Below, in pieces: positions 10,060-19,396 of a stretch of 42,519 bases of DNA. A model generated the notes under the pieces. The model saw only the letters and a list, made by a program, of their open reading frames with translations, searched no databases and was not told the DNA's origin. The stretch is taken from NCBI RefSeq assembly GCF_000760515.2, contig NW_013546511.1, positions 62,001 through 104,519 on the forward strand. Reading direction: 5' to 3'. The first letter of the stretch is position 1. Every line of letters starts with the position of its first letter. The position numbers and the translations under genes are program-made. The DNA is from Mitosporidium daphniae. Taxonomy: Eukaryota.

Positions 10060-10345
10060 AATAACCTGCAGCCCATCCTCATTTTGTTGCATAAACCGCT
10101 CCCTTGACATGCGGTTGCGCACGCTAAGGGCGGTTCGAACCAGCTGAAAGAATGGGTTGTCATCGGTGTTAATTAATCCCTTTTTAAAAGAGCAATACTT
10201 TGAATGGTCACAATCCGCACCACCCTTTGGTGAAAAGGTGTTCTAAAAATCCATCCGTTTACAATGCCCTCCCCCCCATAGGGCTGATACAGGGCCTTCG
10301 AGCGAGTTCAGCCGAACGGTGCCAAGTTTGGTCGTTTGGATTTTT
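10060..10345 (+). ncRNA. Candidate structured non-coding RNA, class unknown
   Basis: Nested stems 10068-76/10152-60 and 10094-106/10125-35; second domain 10245-53/10337-45, 10255-60/10314-19, 10282-87/10308-13; G-U pairs favour the + strand. Confidence 0.4.
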
Positions 10346-10366
10346 AAATTCTTTGTAAAAAAATTG

Positions 10367-11406
10367 ATGGCTGGCATTGCATGTAATGCAAGGATGGAGC
10401 CACATCCGGCCTCTACTTCCGAGTTCCATACGCCATTTGAGTTCCAAATAGACGAGAGACAAAATGAAATATCGTCCGACCCTTCTGCAGACACCATATC
10501 TAGGTTAGGAATACACTCTTCTCATCCATAAGGAGGCGGAAGAGGCTACCATTTACTGAAAGGGAAGATGCCCTGCTTTGCACACTAGTTGAAGAAAAGT
10601 CCAAAGATGGGTTTACGATTTCTGGAAATCTATTGTATGATGAGATAAAATCAAATGTAAGCTACACTTTTTTCCCTCAGTTTCCAGATAGAAGCCTCCA
10701 ATCGCTAAGAACAAGATACATTAGGATCTTGCGATTTCGAAAGTCTTTACAGGCAACCGAGCAAATAGGGCCCACAGAAGCCTTTGCCCAAGTGGAAAAA
10801 GACCATGCACACGATACTTGGAAGCAGATCCAGCAGCTGAGCAATTTGAGTGTTGATTCAGAGCATCTTCAAGAGTTGATGGATGAACTGCACAATGAGC
10901 CGCTTCCCGAGTCTGACTCAAATCCAATCCCATGCGCCTTCAATGCAGCGGCCCCACTTGACACGCCTACAACAGGCCTTTGTACTGCCGTTGAGACTGC
11001 TTTAAATCCTTCCTCGCATGTGGAACAATTGGCGTCCGAGGAGCCATTAAACCCCCCGATGCACAAAAAGAATATCCTGGATTTATGTGTGGAAGAACTG
11101 CGAAATCTGAAGGAGTTCATTTCAACCCATCAAGATGGAACCATCACTTTGCTGTTGGAAACAAAATCAATCATCAATACCCGGGATCCGATTTTCATTT
11201 TTTTAGCATACCAGTCGGCCGGCAATATTTTGCTGCTAATTGACCATCTGATGGCGTCTTTTCCATCGAGCTGCAGTTGGTGGACCCCATCTTTTGACTT
11301 GGAGTTGATTCGCCAAAACTTGGATGCAATCCCATCTTCCATTTTGCATGGCGACTCTCCATCCTACCTAAGCTCAAGGATGCATTGGCTTGCAAATAAA
11401 TTGTGA
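10367..11406 (+). CDS. RAP1: Rap1/TERF2IP-like telomere-associated Myb protein (~328 aa)
   Basis: After removing introns 10504-10532 and 10657-10680: RLPFTEREDALL...SGNLLYDEI...FPDRSLQSLRTRY (Rap1-type Myb), plus C-terminal WWTPSFDLEL...LSSRMHWL (RCT-like). Confidence 0.72.
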
Positions 11407-11446
11407 AATCGCCCTTTGCGTCTAAAATTTCCCAAAATCGCAGCTG

Positions 11447-12826
11447 TTAGCAAATTGGTTTATTTCCAAACTCTGCGTCCACCCAGGCCGATATTTTTAG
11501 GGTCCAATCCAAGCCCACATCGGCGATCATGTGAATCGGCATGCTAAATCCCGAATTTCCGGCAAATTTAGGCGGAAGCTCAACCGTCAAGCTGACAATG
11601 TTATTTTTGGCATAAAAGTCGGAGGCTGCTCCCGAGGATGCATACATGGCTGCGCTTTGCATCGATTTATAAGCATGGCCCCTCGATGAAAGGATAGTTG
11701 CAACCTTTTGATGAGCCTGCTCATTCGGGTGCATGGATGAGGTGTCGTAGCTCCAGGGCCACAAGATCAGTTGCGAAAACGTATGAAAGTCAAAGGCAAT
11801 CACAATGTTATCAGCCTTGCTCACGAAAAGCTGCTCCAAAGCCTGCGTTTCGATTTCGGAACACGCATGTGGACCGGAATAAACATCAGAAACTGGGTTA
11901 GAAGAGTCTCCGGAAACACCCCATTTGCTGTTGAAATTTCGATTGAGATCGACGCCATTTCCATGCTGCGAGCGGTTTTTTCTCCAAAGCCGGTTTTGCG
12001 TCCAAGAGTACTCATACCCATCTGGATTGCAGATTGGGATGATTAGAAGCTCGATTTGGCCATCCTCCACCAGCTTGAGCAGAGTGTACATGTCGACCAA
12101 AGGATCAGTAGCATTTCCGGCCAATCCTTCAATAATCATTGCTGCAACGTAGTTGACGGTGGCCCCTGTCAGCCATTCTCTGGCATGTAGCAAGCTAAAG
12201 GTAACGCCGAAAAATTTACCTTTGAATCCAAATGACGTGTCTAGTTTTGGCGTCGCTTGCAAACGAGTGACGATTGTATATTCGGACAGCAAATACGGTT
12301 CTGTTTTCAGATGTGGTTGTGTTGGAGATGTTTTCTATATACTCGACATATCGAGGATACTTGAACGATAGATGTCGGTACCAATCCTTTGTCTCGTGAT
12401 AAGTTCTGTAGGTCGAGGCCCATTGCAGTTCGGGGTTTCCACGATTGCTTTTTGAAATGATCTAGGAATGTGTAAATCGACCAAGCCAACCTCGAGATTC
12501 TTCAAAGCTATTTCAGACCTTTCGTTCTTAAGCACTTTGTTGTAGTCTTGGAGCACAATGGTAATGTTTGCATTGTCTCCGCAAATTGCGTTCATAAAAG
12601 ACGAAAGATTTCTGTCCATCACGGCATATAGCTCGACATCGGTTTCATGGATCGTCACAAAGTCAGATTGCAAAAGATGCTTTACTGAATCCAATGCGAG
12701 CATCCTGCTCTTTTCAATAGATTGCTTGTCAATGCAAATAAGATCGTGGTTCGCATACAATTCCAGACTTACGCCATCAATCAGGAGGCAAAAGATTGCC
12801 AACGCTAAAAATACAAGGTGCTTCAT
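11447..12826 (-). CDS. Secreted M14A zinc carboxypeptidase with prodomain
   Basis: Signal peptide MKHLVFLALAIFCLLIDG; HAREW, NPDGYEYS, RLWRKNR, GVDLNRNF, DFHTFSQ, TVEL motifs; two tiny introns. Confidence 0.92.
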
Positions 12827-12988
12827 TGCCTGGCTGTCCCCAAATTGTGACAAGGCCGCTTCATTGTTTATTTATATGTCGGTGCAAACATCAGTTACAA
12901 TGCCGAAAAAAAAGCAAAGCAAGTACACATGTAAAGTGCGGGAAAATTTATTTAAACGGCGGCCATGTCCGGTGATTACGAGTTAAAT

Positions 12989-14480
12989 TTAAGCAGTCAC
13001 TAAAATGAAGGGTTACAAAAGCCAATTACTGTATGAGCTGGTTTCGATTTCGGCTGGAAGTTCTGAAATGTTGACCTCAAATCTCTCCTGGACCTGGTTG
13101 AGGATATCTGTATCGGCGGAGGTCGAAACAAAAGAGATCGCGAGGCCTTTGGTGCCAAATCGACCGGCACGGCCAACGCGATGCAAATAAGCATCAACCC
13201 CGTCCGGCATGTCGTAGTTGAATACAATGTTGACCCTTTCAATATCAATGCCGCGGCCGAAAATGTCCGTCGCAACCATGATGCGCTTCTCAAAGTTTTT
13301 AAACGACTTGTATCTAGCAATGCGTTCATCCTGGGCCATTCCGGAATGAATGCAGATGGACGGGAAATTACACTCCACAAGCAATTTGTTCAGCTCGTTG
13401 GCCCTGGCAACGCTTTTGACAAAGATCACCACCTGGTTAAATTCTAAAGAATCCAAAAGATCGTTGAGTTTCCTGTTTTTCTCGTTTTCTTGAAGCTTGA
13501 CATAGTATTGTTGGAGTCCATGGAACGTCAGTTTAGCTTCGTCATCGATCAGAATTTCCAGGGGCTAATTTCATAATAAGCGAAAATTGGCATACTTTTT
13601 GCATAAACTTTTTACAGATCGGCCGAATCTCCTTGGAAAGGGTGGCCGAGAACATGAGAACTTGTTTTTCGCGAGGGGTTTGAACAAAAATGTCCTGAAC
13701 GTCTTTTCTCATATCTACAGCAATCAGGGACCAAATGCAAACCAATCTGTTCCAATAGCTTATCGCATTCGTCCATCACAAAATGCTTGATTTTTTTGAG
13801 CGAAAGTGCGCGCTCTTTAAGCAATGCCAGAATCCTTCCCGGAGTTCCCACCACAATCGAAGGCACTTCCTGCTGCAGCGATTCAGTATTCTGCTTGATC
13901 GGAATTCCGCCGTAAAACACGGCAGTCTTGATGGCAGGCAAGTACTTTGTAAAGCGAGCATATTCGTTTCGTATTTGAAAAGCAAGTTCGCGCGTATGGC
14001 AAATGACGAGAACAGATGCTTCCTTCTCAATCGGTTCAATCTGTTGAAGAGTTGTAAGAACAAAGACTGCAGTCTTTCCCATACCGCTTTTTGCCTGACA
14101 TAGAACGTCCATACCCAACACTGCCTGAGGTATACATTCTTGCTGAACTGTAGGAAGGTTTAGTTGAAGCCAAATAGGCGTATAGTTCTCTTTAACAAGA
14201 ACGAGAGATAGATCAAAGGGGAAAAGATAAATTGGTTACTAATACCTTCTGATGGATGTTCAAAGCCACAATCGTTGATGGCTCTCATAAGCTCTGGTTT
14301 CAACAGAAACTCTTTGAAGCCAGTTGAGTGGATACCTGTGTACGAGGAGGTTGACGAAGGAGTGTGCTTCTTAGTTGACTCGCTCTTTTTGGGGGGAACA
14401 GCAAGAGAATCGGCCGGTTTTTTCAGTAGTGAAACATCATCCTCCTCATAGTCAATCAAATCGTCTACGTGGTCGGTCAT
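12989..14480 (-). CDS. SUB2: DECD-box RNA helicase Sub2/UAP56
   Basis: [44 protein letters not shown]; four introns; last exon gives ...SSYMTA*. Confidence 0.97.
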
Positions 14481-14664
14481 TATTGTGATCGGGATTGATG
14501 GATGTTAAACAAAAAAAATTGAAAATGAGAAATTCCGGAGCCTGATTTAACGTTGATTGCATATGCAAACATGATTGGGCAGCTATTTTTTAAATTATTA
14601 TTTTAACTTTAGTGGCGTGGCATGCCATGCCATGCATGGTGTTTACAATTTAATTCTGCAGCAC

Positions 14665-15229
14665 ATGAATACGTTTGATTTGGTTGAGCAATTATTGTTC
14701 TATAAGCGCTACCACACAAATAAATGGTACCCGATGTCGTTTGACAGTTTAGGAACAAAGTGATCCACTTCATATTCATTCCAGCGATTTTTTTCTCCTC
14801 CCTTGTCCTGTACCAGTGCTTTACGGAGTTTGTTCTTGGAATGTATAGCCCGGCTGTTGCCTTCCTACCGGTCGTGGTATATTCTGTTTACTATATCCTA
14901 TTGGAACCAGTTGCAGGGGTAAGATATACTTCTTAGTGTAGATCACAATCACCCCCATCCTTGCAACGCTTTGGTACGGCAGTAGATTGACAATTCAGTC
15001 CTTTCCAGCGTATTCGTTGCATATTGGGGCGTGTGTATGTGCCATTGGATGGATATTCCAAATACTGGGCCATTGGTTTTTTGAGGACAGAAAGTATCCA
15101 GCTTTGTCTGAAAACATAATACAAGCTCTTGCCTTGGCACCTCTTTTTGTATATTTGGAGTTTCTATTTAAAGTTGGATATCGTCCACTTTTGCAGTCAA
15201 AAATCAGCACCGCAACGAAGGAGCAATAA
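14665..15229 (+). CDS. DUF962 / Mpo1-like membrane protein
   Basis: FYKRYHTNKWNKVIHFIFIP, GWIFQILGHWFFEDRKYPAL, LAPLFVYLEFLF.VGYRP; 26-nt and 23-nt introns. Confidence 0.88.
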
Positions 15230-15318
15230 ACTAAACACTCAAATTTTATGACAGCACGACAGGCTAAAATGTTAAATTTTATGCTGGTATTTTTAAGTTG
15301 GGTTTACAAAATTACAAT

Positions 15319-16925
15319 TTACAAAGTTGGGGCCTTTGGCTGCTGGCAAAGGCTGCTCTCCAATTCCACCTCCGAATGCGAGACAAAAATGGCGGGCTTG
15401 ATCCCCCTTACAACATCTGAATCAATTATTACTTTTGCTACATTGGATTTTGGGATTTCAAACATCACAGGGACAAGGACCTTTTCCAAGATTGATCTTA
15501 ATCCACGGGCACCGGTGCCCTTTTTATGTGCACTTTCCACGATTTCGTTCAAAGAGTCATCTGTGAAGGTAAGCGACACCTAAAAAAGTAAAGACGATTT
15601 TGAAGGTTACATTGTAAAACTTGAAGAGAGAGTCGAATTGCTTGAGCAGAGAATTTCGGGGTCTTTCCAGCGCAATAAGAAGAGACTCTTTGGAGAGGGG
15701 CTGTAGCACCGAAAAAATCGGCACACGCCCAATAAATTCGGGAATAAATCCATACTCAATCAAATCCCGTTCTTCAACCAATTCGCCAATAAGATCATAT
15801 CTGGTTGAGATTGAACCATTAGAGGGCTCGGGGTCAATGTCCTCTTTGAAGCCAAGCCGCTAGTAGCTATAAAAACCGAATGAAAACCTTCAAGTTTGTT
15901 CGGTTACTGATTATCTTATCAACCCCTTGAAATGCCCCAGACAGGACAAATAGAATATTTGAGGTGTCTATCACATACGAATCTTTTCCATTTTGGGAGG
16001 CCCGCCTGGAATTCTTTTCAGAAACCGTTATAGAAGTTCCTTCAAGCAGCTTCAAAAGGGCCTGCTGAACGCCTTCTCCGCCGACGTCCCTTTGGTTTGA
16101 GAATCCTTGTCTCTTGGCAATTTTGTCTATTTCATCTAGAAACACAATTCCGGTCTCCGCCTCTTTTACGTTAAAATTACATTCCTGAAGTAAAAATATC
16201 AATCGCTACTTGAAGTAAACGGTAAATCATGCTTTCAACGTCTTCTCCAACATACCCTGCCTGGGTAAACGTGGTCGCATCACAAATGGCGATCGGCACC
16301 TTTAGGACCTTTGCAAGGGTTTTGACGAGCAGAGTTTTTCCCGACCCCGAGGGTCCCATAAGAAGAATGTTACTCTTTTCGTATATCAATTCAGGCTTTT
16401 TTTCCAGCGACGACGAAATTCTCGCAAAATGATTGCTAACAGCCACGGCCAGTGCCCTTTTTGCAGGCTCTTGGCCAATAACAAACTCGTTCAAAAAGGA
16501 GTAAATCTACATTTAAGTCGTGCAACGGCTAGGGTTACTTGTTTTGGAGTCAAATTTGAAACCCTATCTTTGGAGGCCTGCTCCTCTTGCGAAGGCAGGG
16601 TTATTTGGCTTAGTAGCGGTCGTTCTGCGGGGCTAGCTGCTTTAAAGGCGAGAGGGTTGTTGCATATTGGACAGTTATCCAAATTGCCGATCAAAGGAAA
16701 CAGAGCTCTTTTTATTTTGGAAGATTCATTGTAAAACCCCAAGCTATTCTTAGCGGACGAATGCTCGATAAGTGAATTGAGGAAAGAGGGACGGCTCTGC
16801 GGTGGATTTAGCAAGGTCTTGCTGGATTTCTTCTTGAATCCCTTGCGTGAGCCGGGAGGCTTTGACGATGATGAAGAAAAAAAGATGGCCCGTGGTCGGC
16901 CAAAAAGCATGGATCGACCGAGCAT
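15319..16925 (-). CDS. clpX: Mitochondrial ClpX AAA+ unfoldase
   Basis: Arg/Ser-rich presequence; [63 protein letters not shown]; four tiny introns. Confidence 0.95.
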
Positions 16926-17010
16926 CGAATAGAAGAATTAAAAATCTTGCATCGAAAAAGAAATCAAAGATATTAGCAACGGACCTCTAATTTCACATTT
17001 CATATCAGCC

Positions 17011-17024
17011 AAACCCTAACCCTA
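17011..17024. promoter_or_regulatory. Telomere-repeat-like element (telo-box) in the divergent ClpX/PMI40 promoter
   Basis: AAACCCTAACCCTA. Confidence 0.45.
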
Positions 17025-17058
17025 TCAGTCGCCTTTGATGCAGACGAGATGCTACCTC

Positions 17059-17148
17059 CATTTTAGCCATTTGTACACATTTGTGCGCATTTTAATCCAT
17101 TTTTATTACAAATTTGCGTGCATTTTAGCCGATTTTTACACATTGCCC
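17059..17148. repeat. Degenerate three-copy ~30 nt tandem repeat upstream of PMI40
   Basis: CATTTTAGCC.ATTT.TACACATT units starting at 17059, 17088 and 17121. Confidence 0.7.
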
Positions 17149-17151
17149 AAA

Positions 17152-18411
17152 ATGTCGAGCCGTCCCGTGGTACTTTCATGCGCCGTTCAAAAATACGCCT
17201 GGGGTGTCATTGGCGCGGACAGCAAAGTTGCCGATTTAGCATTTTCTTCCCCGGTTCCCCATTCGGAATCCACTTTAGAGCAAAATGCCCCATATGCAGA
17301 GGTATGTGCCAACGTGGTGATTCGGTAGTTTTGGCTGGGCACTCATCCAAACGGACCTTCATTCGCAATTGAGGCTGAGGGCAAGAAATTGCTTTCCGAA
17401 AAAATTGGGCATCCCCTCCCTTTCCTGCTCAAATGCCTCTCCGTTCGTACGGCCCTTTCTATCCAAGCGCATCCCAACAGCGAACTTGCCAAGATCCTTC
17501 GAGCAAAGAATCCCTCTGCCTACCCAGACGACCAAGCAAAGCCCGAAATGGCCGTTGCAATTAGTGGCAATTTTGAGGCTTTAGTTGGATTCCGACCGAT
17601 GGAAGATATCGTTCAATTTATTGAACGGATCCCCGTTTTTGCAGAGGAAGTTTTGGGTACTTAGACACGCATACTAATAGGGTTAGGAAAGGAGCTGTCT
17701 GAGATGGTTATCTCTGCCAGTGCAAAAGAAGACCGCAAAGGCACATACAAGTCGATGCTTGAGCGAATTATGGGGCTATCTGCAGAAGCCCTCAAGCGGT
17801 CGCTTGATGGGCTGATGAAGTTTTTTACGACACAGCGAGATATGCTGCCCCATAAAGAGGTCTTTTTCAAACTATCTCGCGAATTTCCGGGAGACGTTGG
17901 CATCTTGTTTGCCTTTTTGTTGAACCATATTGTCCTTAAGGAGGGAGACTGCATCTTCTTAGGAGCCAATGAGCCGCATGCTTATCTTTCTGGATCATGT
18001 ATCGAATTGATGACATGTAGCGACAATGTGGTGCGGGCTGGACTGACGCCAAAATTCAAGGACGTTCCCACTCTGGTTGAAATGTTGACATACGAGGGCA
18101 CATCTCCACAAAGGTTCTATGTTCGAAAATGCGTTTCCGACTCGCCATGTACGATCCTATACAGACCTCCTATTGATGACTTTGCCCTTGAAGAGATTTC
18201 GGTGTCATCCTCAGAAAGTAGCCATACATTTGATTCCGAGTCGTTGCTTTTGGTTACCGAAGGCCAAGGAATGCTTTTGACCGCGGAAAATGAAAAATAT
18301 GCCCTATCGGCTGGCTCTTCTTTGTACTTGTTCCCTGAAACACATTTTAGCCTGAAAAACGGGGAACCCTCGCGCCCATTGAAAGTCTTCAGGGCTTTCA
18401 AGCCGAAATAA
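17152..18411 (+). CDS. PMI40: Mannose-6-phosphate isomerase, type I
   Basis: QKYAWG, PYAE/FWLGTHP, LPFLLKCLSV..LSIQAHP, KPEMAVA, FPGDVG, ANEPHAYLSG.CIELM.CSDNVVRAGLTPK. Confidence 0.96.
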
Positions 18412-18450
18412 AATTTCAATTGTTTATTTGCTAAAGCCAATGACACGGTG

Positions 18451-19200
18451 TTAGCGGTTATAGGAGCCGGATTTTGGTGCGCCGTAGCTCGGCATGTCAT
18501 AGTAATTTTTGTTACCGCCATACCCTTCATCATCATCTTCGCCATTATAGTTGTATGCAGGTGTCTTCGATCCATAGCTGTCGGTGGGAAGCGCAGTCAA
18601 ACTGGAAGTAGGGCAAGGTTCGGTCATTGTAAGTGTGACCGTATCTGCAGGTAGGGTCTCTGTCAAAGTCAGAGACTGGGTTTCAGTCACAAGAACGCTT
18701 TCAGTCGTCGTTGTGGGATAAAAGATCGTTGTCGTATCCAAAAAGGTAGACGTGACAAATTGCGTGGAGGCTATTGTTTCAAAAGAAATCGAGATCAGGG
18801 TTTGCGTTTCCGTAGATATCACTGGCGGCACGGTTTCGGTGACAGTCACAGTAGGCATTATGGTCGTCATGGTGGTGAAGATTTGAGGAAAAGTTTGCGT
18901 AGCCGTGCCGCTGGGAAACACTGGCGATCCCATGGGGAAAACAGGCGTCATCGAGCTCTCCGTTGGCATGGCAGACGGGAAAACTTGGGTGGGCATCAAT
19001 GATGGGGAAATGTCGGTGGTTTCAGTAGGCATGGTCGGAATTTCAGAAGAAGTCGGCATCACGCTGGATTGCGGGAAAATAATCTCATTCGAGCAAGTTC
19101 GAAGGTCTTTTTTGTTCATGCGACAGCCAGAGCCAGATGGATATGCAAAAAGTGAGTGGAACACGGAGAGTGAAATGATGGCAAATACGGTGAAATACAT
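18451..19200 (-). CDS. Secreted Thr/Pro/Ser-rich protein (candidate spore wall or infection-apparatus glycoprotein)
   Basis: Uninterrupted 249-aa ORF; hydrophobic signal peptide, Cys pair, MPT repeats, TVTVTET-type stalk, Tyr/Gly/Asp-rich tail. Confidence 0.8.
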   Translation of the reverse strand: MYFTVFAIISLSVFHSLFAYPSGSGCRMNKKDLRTCSNEIIFPQSSVMPTSSEIPTMPTETTDISPSLMPTQVFPSAMPTESSMTPVFPMGSPVFPSGTATQTFPQIFTTMTTIMPTVTVTETVPPVISTETQTLISISFETIASTQFVTSTFLDTTTIFYPTTTTESVLVTETQSLTLTETLPADTVTLTMTEPCPTSSLTALPTDSYGSKTPAYNYNGEDDDEGYGGNKNYYDMPSYGAPKSGSYNR

Positions 19201-19396
19201 GATGCAATTTGGATGTTCCTCCGCATCAAAGCCGCGCCTTAAATAGACATCGAAAAGAGCCTTTGATTAATTCATGATAAATGCTGGACAATCAACCGCC
19301 AAATAGATTGCCTGCAAGGGCCATTTGGTGGCAGCCGGTGCAAGTTTTGGATTTTAATGTGGCGGAAAATAAAATTTATTTCATACTTTGGTTGCA

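Noticed and set aside
10052..10065. TATGAGTAAATAAC resembling the U12 snRNA 5' region
   Set aside because: Lacks the GGAA branch-pairing segment and the rest of U12; all introns examined are GT-AG without U12 consensus
10062..10067. TAACCT as a telomerase RNA template
   Set aside because: Only one TTAGG repeat plus one base, no TTAGGG-type template nearby and no convincing pseudoknot
9922..10242. Stop-free minus-strand frame through the structured spacer
   Set aside because: Much of it is antisense to THOC1, it has no good start or family motif, and its length is within chance; not fully excluded
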